From a virus (taxonomy: Duplodnaviria > Heunggongvirae > Uroviricota > Caudoviricetes): a stretch of 64,000 bases of DNA. The stretch lies in IMG/VR virus record IMGVR_UViG_3300046499_000850. One strand, 5' to 3'. Below, piece by piece: positions 18,657-28,137 of this stretch. The notes below the pieces were generated by a model that saw only the letters and a program-made list of their open reading frames with translations, was not told the origin of the DNA and made no database searches. Every line of letters begins with the position of its first letter. Position 1 is the stretch's first letter. The translations under genes were made by a program, and so were the position numbers.

Positions 18657-20852
18657 ATGAAAAGCATCATCTTCAACAACAGCGCGAACTCGCGTGGCCT
18701 GCCGGGCTTCCTGGATCGCACCCTCGCGGAAGTCGAAACCTTCGCTCACTCGGCTCAAGGCGCTGACGTCGCCAAGAACATGATCTCGCTGGAATCGATC
18801 TCGGGCAACACGCTCGCCATCGAAAACCTGCAGCACACGGCTTCCAGCCTGCTGAACAAGATCGAAACCATCGCTACCGAAGCCTGGGGCGTCGAAGACA
18901 GCAAGACCGGCCGTCCGACCCACAGCTACAACCAACAGCAACTGCAAGCCGCCACCATCGCCGCGATGCTGGGCCACGACCTGGGCGCCGCCGTCAAGGC
19001 TCCGACCAAGCCGGCCTTCTCGACCGAAGGCATCACCGTCTGCGAATCCGGCGACCGTACCCCGTACGAGCGTCGTGCTGCAAACGAAGCCTACGACGAT
19101 CAATCGACCTCGACCTCGATCGCCTTCTCGGTGGCCTACAACCTGGAATGCGCACGTCAATCGGAACTGGCCGAAACCCTGTTCCCGACCGTCGTGATCC
19201 CGCCGAACGAAGCCGGCCTGTTCATGTCGATCGACCTGGCCCTGCTGCAAGACGACGCGAACCGCCAGATCAGCGGCGCCGTCACGAACTTCCACCGTTA
19301 CAACGTCATCCGCGCACAGACCTACCCGGAACTGCTGCACAACGATGCATCCGACCTGGTGCCAGTGCTGCGTGACGAATCGAAGCAGAACTTCGTCGAC
19401 ACCACCCTGGTGCAGCCGATCGACCGCAAGATGAACAACGGTGAAGTGATCACCACCACCGCGCTGAAAGTCGGCGCCAAGTTCGACCTGCTGTCGCTGT
19501 CGCACACCGACGCCATGGTCGCCAAGGGCCTGCCGAACCAGACCGACTCGATCGACACCGGCGTGTTCCTGGAAAACATCTACATCGCGCTGAAATCGGC
19601 CGATGGCTCCAAGACCGAAGTCATCCGCTTCAACGTCAAGGAACTGCCGTACGCTGGTTACTACCCGGCGACCCAGGGCGACTACCGCGACCAGCAACTG
19701 TCGTTCGAAAACAGTGGCCTGCTGGTTTCGGGCAGCACCACCAAGGAAGACGGCACCGTCGCAACCCTGCTGGACCCGATCAAGACCGGCAGCTACGAAG
19801 TGCGCCTGTCGGTGGCTCTGTCCGGCCGCCTGAACCTGCAATTCGGTAACGGCTCGGTCTACGGCCCGGCACCGGAAGTCGCAACTGTCGCCAAGAACGG
19901 CGTGCAAGTCGCTACCGACTCCGGTGGTGGCAAAACCATCGCTGACATCTTCAAGGGCGCCGAAGTCATCGGTTACACCCTGGCAGCGAAGCGTTCGAAC
20001 CTGAACCGTCGTCTGCGTGGCCAGACCATGGACACCAACACCAAGCGCCAGTTCTACCCGCTGAACCTGCTGGCTCCGGTCACCATCGTTCGTCCGCACA
20101 GCGCCGGCGATGTCAACGACGCACGTGACCTGTCGTTCCTGATCTTCACCACCAAGACCCGTTCGTCGATCGACGCCGTCGAAGTGCTGCAGAACCACGC
20201 TGCAACCATGAAGGCGATGCAAGGCCAGTTCCACATGCCTGGCGAGACGGTCGAGACCTTCGGCCTGGCTCGCTGGCTGCTGGACCCGTACTACGCGTAC
20301 GACAAGTACACCGCGCCGGACGTGGTGGACAGCCTGAAGTCGTCCGAGCGCAACGCGGACATCCGCGCTTCGCTGACCAACATGGTCCAGGACCACGTGT
20401 TCAAGATGTGGCAACTGTCGAGCTACGGCCCGGCATCGGCTTCGCAGAACGGTGGCGTCGGTCAGATCCCGACCGTCATCATCGCTTGCGATCCGCGCAT
20501 CGAACAGTACCTGAACATCCAGGGCGATCTGCGCCTGCTGGGTGACAAGTTCCCGGTCAAGGTCGTGTCCGACACGAACAAGAACCTGCGTGGCAAGATG
20601 TACATCACGTTCGGCAACATGGAAACCGCAGCGCAAGGCATCCCGAATGTCCTGCACTTCGGCACCACCATGTACCGTCCGGAAATGACCATCATCCTGC
20701 CGGTGAGCCGCGATGGCCAGACCTCGAAAGAAGTCACCGTGTCGCCGGCATTCCGCCACTTCGTCAACCTGCCGCTGCTGATCGAGATCGACGTGGAAGG
20801 TATCGAAGATGTGGTCAACGCCAAAGTCCCGGTCGTTCTGAAGAACGTCTAA
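18657..20852 (+). CDS. major capsid protein (phiKZ gp120-like), 731 aa
   Basis: Size; strong C-ending codon bias of a highly expressed gene; SLE-S/STE-G cleavage-type sites; AETLFPTVVI..NEAG and HFVNLPLLIEIDV.GI motifs; synteny. Confidence 0.85.
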   Translation: MKSIIFNNSANSRGLPGFLDRTLAEVETFAHSAQGADVAKNMISLESISGNTLAIENLQHTASSLLNKIETIATEAWGVEDSKTGRPTHSYNQQQLQAATIAAMLGHDLGAAVKAPTKPAFSTEGITVCESGDRTPYERRAANEAYDDQSTSTSIAFSVAYNLECARQSELAETLFPTVVIPPNEAGLFMSIDLALLQDDANRQISGAVTNFHRYNVIRAQTYPELLHNDASDLVPVLRDESKQNFVDTTLVQPIDRKMNNGEVITTTALKVGAKFDLLSLSHTDAMVAKGLPNQTDSIDTGVFLENIYIALKSADGSKTEVIRFNVKELPYAGYYPATQGDYRDQQLSFENSGLLVSGSTTKEDGTVATLLDPIKTGSYEVRLSVALSGRLNLQFGNGSVYGPAPEVATVAKNGVQVATDSGGGKTIADIFKGAEVIGYTLAAKRSNLNRRLRGQTMDTNTKRQFYPLNLLAPVTIVRPHSAGDVNDARDLSFLIFTTKTRSSIDAVEVLQNHAATMKAMQGQFHMPGETVETFGLARWLLDPYYAYDKYTAPDVVDSLKSSERNADIRASLTNMVQDHVFKMWQLSSYGPASASQNGGVGQIPTVIIACDPRIEQYLNIQGDLRLLGDKFPVKVVSDTNKNLRGKMYITFGNMETAAQGIPNVLHFGTTMYRPEMTIILPVSRDGQTSKEVTVSPAFRHFVNLPLLIEIDVEGIEDVVNAKVPVVLKNV

Positions 20853-20961
20853 GACTTCGGCAAATGAGTTGGGAGGAGAAGTCTGAGAGAGGAGATAACC
20901 GCTCAGCTATCCTCCCAGCCCATGGCTGTAAGCTGTCCTTTCAGCACAAGCATTGGGGCTA

Positions 20962-21010
20962 CTTCCCTCTACCTTCGGGTAGGGGGAGGCTGCTTTATGC
21001 CGTCAAAAAT
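20962..21010 (+). terminator. terminator after the capsid gene + TATGCCGTC
   Basis: CTTCCCTCTACC-TTCG-GGTAGGGGGAGG...TTTATGCCGTC. Confidence 0.75.
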
Positions 21011-21100
21011 TACTAAGTAGTTTTATCTTTTGTAACAACGGGCGAATGCCCAGCACTATTTCAAATAGTCCATACCCCATAATGGGAGAAAGGTATCACC

Positions 21101-21574
21101 ATGTTTTGCATTGTCGCCAACGTTAAGACGGACAAAGCCCTGCGCACCGGGGCCAAGGTGTATCTCCTGAGTGCCAACCAAAGCGCCGAAAGCGTGGAAG
21201 TTACGGGCATCAGCAAAGGAGGCCGCCGGATCAACAAACACATCCCCTACAAACGCTTGACCAATTTCCGTGCAGCGTTTGTGCCACCCCACATGCAAGA
21301 AGGTAAAGCGCCGTGGGCTTACACCGTGGGATGTTGGTGGGAGGACAAGACCGCCGCCCAAGAGGTCGCCAACAAATTGAACGAGATCTGGAAAGGGGTG
21401 CGTTACTTCAGCAAAGATGGTGAACGTTTGATGGAAGATGGTATCACCACCGGCATGGCGTATAAGCGTGCTCGGAAAATGGGTGTTGCAGACAAGTACG
21501 CCTGTAACTGCATCCCCATGGATTTCATGGTAACTGGCCATTATACCCACACCCGCGCTCGAACAAAGGCATAA
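21101..21574 (+). CDS. hypothetical protein (157 aa)
   Basis: AAAGG RBS; coherent ORF. Confidence 0.7.
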   Translation: MFCIVANVKTDKALRTGAKVYLLSANQSAESVEVTGISKGGRRINKHIPYKRLTNFRAAFVPPHMQEGKAPWAYTVGCWWEDKTAAQEVANKLNEIWKGVRYFSKDGERLMEDGITTGMAYKRARKMGVADKYACNCIPMDFMVTGHYTHTRARTKA

Positions 21575-21576
21575 CC

Positions 21577-21622
21577 CAGCAGGGGCTGCGCGCCCCTGCT
21601 GTATGCCGTCAAAAAAAAAAAA
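21577..21622 (+). terminator. hairpin + TATGCCGTC + A12
   Basis: CAGCAGGGGC...GCCCCTGCTG-TATGCCGTC-AAAAAAAAAAAA. Confidence 0.65.
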
Positions 21623-21709
21623 GTCTAATTATTTTCACGACTATATCACTCTACTGTCAAGGGTCTAGATAACTCTACCCGCACTAACCATTAGAATGAG
21701 ATAGCCGCC

Positions 21710-22873
21710 ATGAAACAAGAAGACATCGTTACCTTTTACGGTAAAATCCGCATCGCAAGTGTGAAGCAAGGTGAAGCTGAGTCGGGTGGACTTTCTCATT
21801 TCCAGATCAACACCCGTTACATCAACAACACCCGCAAAGTCATCCGCGCTAAAATGCGCTCCAACCTGGAACTCAACATCCCAGCCGTGCCGGTGCGTAC
21901 CCAGTACGCCCATGATGAAACGTTTGTGGTAAGGAAAGAGTTGGTGGTGGGGCAAGCCTGCGCTGAGGCGATGCGAAATTACTTTACTGAGCTGCCTGAT
22001 GTCTATGGCGAACTCGATGCCTTCCGCAAAGCGTACTTGCAAGTCTACGACAACATCTATCGCTTTGGACGTACCCATGAACTGCGCTGTGTGGTGGAGT
22101 ATACCTTCACTGAGACGGACCTCAACAACAACGGTGGTCTCTTCTACCATGACGAGCTGGACACCATGTTCAAGTTTGGTGTAGAACCATTCGATGTCGC
22201 CCACCCGCACAGCGTAGATGGACGCCAAGCGGCAGTGGTGGAGGCGGCAGAAAAGATACAAGACACGCATGGCTTTGTTTTCTGGGTAGAAATTATTGAC
22301 AACCTAGGAAAATATGGTGAACGTTTCGTGTCGATTTGTAATCAAATTTACAAGATTGTACCCAAGCGTGATAAAAATCGACCGGACGGTCTGTATATTG
22401 TATCTAGTAAGCCGTCAAATGGTCGCATCACTTCCACCGACATCCAGGTGCGGGCTTACTCGCTCGACAACATCGAGAAAGAGTTGGGGGTGTACGCGAC
22501 CTATGAACTGGCTCAAACGCATGGCGATATCGCGGGCAATCGCAAACGCGAAGCGCAAGAACGTGAACATGAGTTTGCTAGAGAAAAGCATGAGTGGCAA
22601 CAAGAAAAGCTGGCGATGGAACGCGAAGCAGAAGAACGCAAACGCACCATTGCTGAAATGGAAGCGCAGCGCAGCGCCACCGAAATCCAAATGAAGGAAC
22701 TGAGGAATCAGCAAGAACACCTTTCAGAAATGCAGAAGATGCAAATGAAGGATAAATACGAAGAGCGATCGGCTGAGCGCAAAGATGCTTCGGAATTTAT
22801 CAAGTTCCTACCCACGATCCTGTCGGCGGTAGGGATGATCTTGATGGCCTGGAAGACCTTCAAGAGCAGTTAA
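21710..22873 (+). CDS. conserved phiKZ-like protein (gp122-like) with C-terminal coiled coil and TM anchor
   Basis: E/K/R-rich coiled coil, then FLPTILSAVGMILMAWK; upstream of the nvRNAP subunit. Confidence 0.65.
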   Translation: MKQEDIVTFYGKIRIASVKQGEAESGGLSHFQINTRYINNTRKVIRAKMRSNLELNIPAVPVRTQYAHDETFVVRKELVVGQACAEAMRNYFTELPDVYGELDAFRKAYLQVYDNIYRFGRTHELRCVVEYTFTETDLNNNGGLFYHDELDTMFKFGVEPFDVAHPHSVDGRQAAVVEAAEKIQDTHGFVFWVEIIDNLGKYGERFVSICNQIYKIVPKRDKNRPDGLYIVSSKPSNGRITSTDIQVRAYSLDNIEKELGVYATYELAQTHGDIAGNRKREAQEREHEFAREKHEWQQEKLAMEREAEERKRTIAEMEAQRSATEIQMKELRNQQEHLSEMQKMQMKDKYEERSAERKDASEFIKFLPTILSAVGMILMAWKTFKSS

Positions 22874-22905
22874 GCGGTACGAGTCTACAAAAAGGAGAGC
22901 AGTAC

Positions 22906-24600
22906 ATGGACCCATCACTTCGGGCATTTGTTCGTGACGATATGCCCCCGTTCAACAAGAAAGTTGTCGACGGGTTTGCCGTTACGGAAATCCCCAAATC
23001 CGAGAACTTCATCAGGATGCTGTTCGAGTCGATCAAGGACACGTTCCCGCCTGGTCTGCGCTTTGTGGGTGGCAAGCGTTGTACCCCGATGGAAGAATAC
23101 CGCGAAGCCACCAAGCGGCATAACCAGAAGTCGACCAAGAACAGCCAGCGCTCGCAGTTCGATATCGCCAAGTCGTATGTGTACATGATGCGCTACGAGT
23201 TCGAGTATACGCCACCGGGCAGCCAAGTGACCACCAAACTGAAGCCCCGGTTCCTGTACCTGCCGTGGGTCGATGATGGTGGTTTCATCCGGATCAGCGA
23301 TTCGCTGTACACCATTTCGCCGGTGCTCGCAGACCGTGTGATTTCGGTGATGCGCAAAACCATCTTTGTGCGTCTCATCAAAACCCGTTTCAACATCAAC
23401 CGGATCAGCCAACACTTCCGGGTCGACGATGTGGAAACGTTCGCGCACGTGGTGTGGTCGAAGATCCACCAAAAGAAAGTGGTGCGGGACAAGAACGATC
23501 CCGACAGTGTGATTGCCGAATCCACCCTCGGCCATTACCTGTTCTGCAAGTACGGTATTCTGGAGACGTTCCGCCAGTTCGCCGGGACCGAAGTGGTGAT
23601 CGGTGACGCAGAAAACATCACGACGGAAAAGTACCCGAGCTCGGAGTGGCACATCGCCCGTACCTCACGCAGCGAACACAACGGTCACCCGAGTGGTCGT
23701 CGTAACGAGAGCTACCGGCCGACCAAGATCCGCATCGCCATCCGTAAGGGTGCGGACAACACGATGGTGCACAACCTGATCGGAGCGTTCTACTACATCG
23801 CTGACCGGTTCCCGGACCGTGTTGCCCACCTGCAGAATTACGTGGTGCGGCAAGACCAGGAAAAGTTGGGGCACGAAAGGCGGATGTGGATCTTGATTCT
23901 GGGGCACCTCGTGGCACCGGGCTCGGGTGAAGGCAAAGTCTTGAAAGAGATGGAAAGCCACATGCGTTCGCTCGATGAGTACATCGATCCGATCGTCAAA
24001 GATCAGCTGAACAATATCGGGTACCAGGTCGATAATGTCTACCAGCTGTTCGCCCGCATGATCCAGGACTTCGATCCGCTGCTGCTGGCCAACCGCAGCA
24101 AACTCTCGTCGATGTACGACAAGGAACTGAACATTCTGCAGTTCGTCCTGTTCGACATCAGCAAGTCGATCATGGAACTGGGCTTCCAGATGCTGAAACT
24201 CTGCGAAGAACAGAACCTGACTGCGGACAAGTTCAACCACGTGTTCGGCAACAAGATCCGCACCGGCGCGATCTTCCACATCTACAAATCGTCGGGGGCT
24301 GTGTCAGCCAACAGCTATCCGGGCGACAACAAGGTGTTCAAGATCACGAGTCTCCTCGTCCCGCAGCAACACACCAACAAGGGCGGACGAAAGAAAGGTG
24401 GTTTGCAACTGCGCGATCCCATCAATCAGTTGCACATCTCGGTGGTCGAAGTGGGCGGGTACGCCAACCTGCCGAAGTCACAACCGTCGGGTCACTTCCG
24501 CATCAACCCATTCGTGGGCTTGACGCTGGACAACGTGATTCAACGGCACGCCCAATTCGTCGATATCTACGACGATGCCCAGCGGAAGATCGAACTGTAA
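22906..24600 (+). CDS. non-virion RNA polymerase beta-type subunit (phiKZ gp123-like)
   Basis: N-terminal G...C.P.EEY motif, FLYLPWV..GG.I.IS.S.Y.ISPVLAD, C-terminal E.GGY.NLPKSQPSG..RINPF; recalled similarity and synteny. Confidence 0.75.
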   Translation: MDPSLRAFVRDDMPPFNKKVVDGFAVTEIPKSENFIRMLFESIKDTFPPGLRFVGGKRCTPMEEYREATKRHNQKSTKNSQRSQFDIAKSYVYMMRYEFEYTPPGSQVTTKLKPRFLYLPWVDDGGFIRISDSLYTISPVLADRVISVMRKTIFVRLIKTRFNINRISQHFRVDDVETFAHVVWSKIHQKKVVRDKNDPDSVIAESTLGHYLFCKYGILETFRQFAGTEVVIGDAENITTEKYPSSEWHIARTSRSEHNGHPSGRRNESYRPTKIRIAIRKGADNTMVHNLIGAFYYIADRFPDRVAHLQNYVVRQDQEKLGHERRMWILILGHLVAPGSGEGKVLKEMESHMRSLDEYIDPIVKDQLNNIGYQVDNVYQLFARMIQDFDPLLLANRSKLSSMYDKELNILQFVLFDISKSIMELGFQMLKLCEEQNLTADKFNHVFGNKIRTGAIFHIYKSSGAVSANSYPGDNKVFKITSLLVPQQHTNKGGRKKGGLQLRDPINQLHISVVEVGGYANLPKSQPSGHFRINPFVGLTLDNVIQRHAQFVDIYDDAQRKIEL

Positions 24601-24697
24601 TACCTGCACTATCCAAAACTAAAACGAAACCCAGATTCGCCAAGAAAAAGTTTGGTATTCCGTATTTAGGTAACAATCAACAAAAAGGAGATTTACC

Positions 24698-25312
24698 ATG
24701 AGTGACAAAGAAACCAGTCCAGGGGGTCTGGATCTGAACGCGATTGCATTGGTTTTGGGTGTTCGCTGTACCACTACCGATGAGCTACGTGAGCTGTTGC
24801 AAAAACGCAACACCATTCTCCTCACCGGCGAGAACGGCTATTACGAAGTCAACCGGCTGACGTCCTTACAGATGTCGGTGATTGACTCGTACGCCAAGAC
24901 CCTCTCGATGATTGGTGGTGAAGAGGCGTACATCTTCCCGCTATCGATCGAGCGCTATTATCATCTCGAAGATCATGCTGAAAGTCATAACCAGATCCGC
25001 GCGATCGAAATGTTCAACCGCCTGACGCGCGGCGAGGAAGATCAACCGCCGGTTCGCATTCAGCCTTGGCCTAAACCGCCTATCGACATGGAGGTTCGTC
25101 CGTTCGTTGCGCCGCTGAAGTCGTGCGGGGTGTTGAGTGATCTGAACAACGCAGATCGTTACGCGCAGGAACCGCGTAACGTGCCTGACAAGTCGGTGGG
25201 TGAACGTGAATCCATCGAAAAGACCGACGGTCTGCCGTATGTGCCCGGTCAAGCGCTCGCGGAAGTCAAAGCCATGTTCGACCACGCGGACAAGACGGAC
25301 GAAAAGAAGTAA
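24698..25312 (+). CDS. hypothetical protein (204 aa)
   Basis: AAGGAG RBS. Confidence 0.75.
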   Translation: MSDKETSPGGLDLNAIALVLGVRCTTTDELRELLQKRNTILLTGENGYYEVNRLTSLQMSVIDSYAKTLSMIGGEEAYIFPLSIERYYHLEDHAESHNQIRAIEMFNRLTRGEEDQPPVRIQPWPKPPIDMEVRPFVAPLKSCGVLSDLNNADRYAQEPRNVPDKSVGERESIEKTDGLPYVPGQALAEVKAMFDHADKTDEKK

Positions 25313-25358
25313 CAACAAGCATAATTCATCACCACTACTAAGAAGAAGGAAAAGCAGC

Positions 25359-27284
25359 ATGTACGCACAAACTCAATATCGCACCGACGCGCCGCAAACG
25401 CCGATGGTGCAGATCGACGTGAACCGGCCACCGGTCGCATTCGACATCCGCTGCGCGCCGTGGATTCATCAGTACTTGCCGTGGTTGACCGGGATCATGA
25501 TCGACATCATCACCCGCAACGCCCAAGGCCCGGTGTCGATGCACTTCTACAACAACATGTCGAAGAACAGCTGGGCCAACAACGAGTTCGGGCAGGAAGT
25601 GGCGAACTGCGCGGACTTCGTCTTCCTGAAGGCACAAGGTCAGCAGAATCCGGACCTGATCGCCCGCTTGGCGCCGACCTACGTCAAACTGCGCACCGAT
25701 TTCGAAGTCGCGCTGTTCCCGGCACTGCGCAGCTACATCGCACCGCAAGACATCTACACCTTCGACCAAGCCGCCCAGATGTTCGACGGCGAAATCAAGG
25801 CCATCGTCAACCTGCGTAACGGTGTGTCGCAAAACATGGCACCAGCGCCGGCACCGATGGCTGGTGGTTATCCGCCGCCGGTCCAGTACGCCCCTCCGGG
25901 CGCACCGATGCCAGCCCAGCAGGGTTACCAGACGCCGGGTTACGGTGCACCGGTGGGTCAACCGCGTAACAGCGGTACGGGTCGCGATTACGGTACCGGT
26001 GGTCAGCCGCCCGCGCCGATCCAACCACCTGCGCCGGTCGCTCCGCCGCAGCAGATGCGTCCGATGCCCCCGTCGGCACCGGTACCGCCTGCCGCCCCGC
26101 AGGCTGCCCAGCAGCCGCAAGGTTCGGTGTCCCTGGTCGATCCGGAAGATACTAAGTGGAATCCGGATTCGGGCACCCCACACCCGATGCTGTACAACCC
26201 GGTTCGCGTGAAGATGATGTACGCGATTGTCGACGGTAAAACCAAACCACAGCCTGCAAAGACCAACATGGACCCCATCAACTACGATCGCCACAACATC
26301 GCCACGCTCTTCAACAAGCCGCTCGAAGGCCAGAAGGTCGTGACGGACAACGCCGAGATCATCCACCAGATCAAGGACGGTGCCCGCGATGCTGCGGAAG
26401 AGGCCCGCAACGTCGATGAGGAAGGCCAGCGTCAGGAAGAGGCGATGGGTCTGCGGAACGTGTTGTCAGCCTACAACCTGGACTCGGCCATCACCGACCT
26501 GCGGACCGAAATGCTGGCCAAGATCGACCGCAAGAACCCGCCGATGGTGTTCCAGACCTATGCGCAAATCTTCACCCCGATCATCGGTGAAAAGAGCGAG
26601 TACGATCTGATCCACAAACTCGGCGACAGCAGCAGCTACATCGAACTGCGTGAAAAGATCCGCGCAGCAGCGGCGACGGCCTCGCCGGCGCTCCTGACCG
26701 ACATCACGCTGAAGCTGACCAAGCTGATGAACGACATCCTGACGGATCGCCTGTCGATCCTGCCGGTGTCGCAAGATCCGGTCAACGGTATCGAAGTTGA
26801 TGATTTCGTGGCCGACCTCGACGCCCTGCTGGACGTGCTGAAGAAACGTGGTGCCGACGATCGTCTGTACCGTGCCTTTATCAACGGCCAAGGCGCCCGC
26901 ATCAAGGCCATGTTCTCGGCCCCAGTCATCACGGACGAAGCCGGTCGTGAACTGCATGATTCGCTCACCAGCGGCATGCTGACGGAAAGCTGGGAAGGCC
27001 GCGAGGATCTGCCGCAGTTCACGTTCTACGGTCCGACTGTGGGCATCACGTTCCTGAATGTGGTGTCGCACGACCTGCTGATCGACGGCATGCTGGGGGT
27101 GAGCAACGTCGTCACCAAGCAGCACAGCGCAGTGTTGTACGATCTGGTCGCGTCGCTGTTCGATCCGGACATCAACGACCAAGGCGCTGACCGTAAGCTG
27201 ATCGTGACCGTCGATGGCCGCATCCTGGAAGTGTTCGAGGGCACGCTGATCCCGGAAACCTACCTGCTGAAGCTGGTCAAGTAA
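25359..27284 (+). CDS. conserved phiKZ-like protein (641 aa) with Pro/Ala/Gln-rich central linker
   Basis: AAGGA RBS before ATG 25359 (MYAQTQY); strong codon bias. Confidence 0.75.
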   Translation: MYAQTQYRTDAPQTPMVQIDVNRPPVAFDIRCAPWIHQYLPWLTGIMIDIITRNAQGPVSMHFYNNMSKNSWANNEFGQEVANCADFVFLKAQGQQNPDLIARLAPTYVKLRTDFEVALFPALRSYIAPQDIYTFDQAAQMFDGEIKAIVNLRNGVSQNMAPAPAPMAGGYPPPVQYAPPGAPMPAQQGYQTPGYGAPVGQPRNSGTGRDYGTGGQPPAPIQPPAPVAPPQQMRPMPPSAPVPPAAPQAAQQPQGSVSLVDPEDTKWNPDSGTPHPMLYNPVRVKMMYAIVDGKTKPQPAKTNMDPINYDRHNIATLFNKPLEGQKVVTDNAEIIHQIKDGARDAAEEARNVDEEGQRQEEAMGLRNVLSAYNLDSAITDLRTEMLAKIDRKNPPMVFQTYAQIFTPIIGEKSEYDLIHKLGDSSSYIELREKIRAAAATASPALLTDITLKLTKLMNDILTDRLSILPVSQDPVNGIEVDDFVADLDALLDVLKKRGADDRLYRAFINGQGARIKAMFSAPVITDEAGRELHDSLTSGMLTESWEGREDLPQFTFYGPTVGITFLNVVSHDLLIDGMLGVSNVVTKQHSAVLYDLVASLFDPDINDQGADRKLIVTVDGRILEVFEGTLIPETYLLKLVK

Positions 27285-27320
27285 GGCCCAAGGCTAGAGA
27301 AGATTAAGTGGTGATTTTTG

Positions 27321-27367
27321 TCAGGGGGTGGGATGGACTTCGGTCTGTCCCCTCCCTGATCTTTTTT
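27321..27367 (+). terminator. intrinsic terminator
   Basis: TCAGGGGGTGGGATGGAC-TTCG-GTCTGTCCCCTCCCTGA-TCTTTTTT. Confidence 0.85.
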
Positions 27368-27391
27368 GCCCTTACATCGAAAGGACTATGT

Positions 27392-27730
27392 ATGAAAGAT
27401 TTGCAGATCAAGATCCAAGTGCGTTCGGTCGATGGCAAGGACTATCCAGAACACATGCAACAACTGAGTGACTTCGTGATGGCAAATGTCGAGCAAGGGA
27501 TCGCTGAACTCGGGGTTGAAGTCATGGCCTTCAGTCCGCATACCGGGGAGCCCCTCATGTGCGCACCTCAGCTTAACCTCGACGTGGCGAAACTCATCGC
27601 AGCTATCTCGGTGATTTCTCCCACAGCCGTCACGACGATCTTGCAAAATGAAGACGCGTTGTCGGAACCGGAACAAATTACGATGGAACCCATCTTGATG
27701 TCACCGTACTTCGGAGACGATAATGGCTAG
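27392..27730 (+). CDS. hypothetical protein (112 aa)
   Basis: AAGGA RBS before ATG 27392. Confidence 0.65.
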   Translation: MKDLQIKIQVRSVDGKDYPEHMQQLSDFVMANVEQGIAELGVEVMAFSPHTGEPLMCAPQLNLDVAKLIAAISVISPTAVTTILQNEDALSEPEQITMEPILMSPYFGDDNG

Positions 27731-27980
27731 CGGCTTGTTTGAAATCCGGGTCGTCGTAACGTCTAGTGACGCAGCGTATGAGTCGGAAGCAGTCCGGGTC
27801 ATTGCCTCGGAGTTCTTGCGTAATGGCGTACAGCGCGTGACAGTTATCGCGGGTGACCAACATGTCAACTACGTCGATGGCGAGGTCTTTAACGTCACTG
27901 CTGGCGACCTGTTCCGCACTAATCCCCAAGCGCCGGCCGACAGCTTTGTCTGCGGCCATATTCCCACTTCACTGAACTGA
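27723..27980 (+). CDS. hypothetical protein (85 aa)
   Basis: GGAG RBS; overlaps the upstream stop. Confidence 0.6.
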   Translation: MASGLFEIRVVVTSSDAAYESEAVRVIASEFLRNGVQRVTVIAGDQHVNYVDGEVFNVTAGDLFRTNPQAPADSFVCGHIPTSLN

Positions 27981-28072
27981 ATCATGAAAGATCCAACTGG
28001 TAAACTAGCCAAGCTTCCCGTTGAAGTTTGGGCCAAACTGTTCCGTAAGAATCAATAACAGAGAAGTAATCT

Positions 28073-28120
28073 GACGACATACCTCCCCTCTACCCCAACG
28101 GGTAGAGGGGAGACTATGAC
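28073..28120. terminator. bidirectional palindromic terminator
   Basis: GACGACATA-C-CTCCCCTCTACCC-CAAC-GGGTAGAGGGGAG-ACTATGAC between convergent genes. Confidence 0.75.
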
Positions 28121-28137
28121 CTGACTTCTTTTTTTGG

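Noticed and set aside
18585-20759. Long antisense ORFs (also 2318..3766, 11673..13250, 41062..42168, 25338..26366, 53444..54547)
   Set aside because: They are shadows of GC3-biased genes on the opposite strand, with no RBS and no protein-like motifs
20853-20919. HDV-like (theta) ribozyme
   Set aside because: No room for P3/L3 between the P2 5' strand and the P1 3' strand; kept only as a pseudoknot candidate
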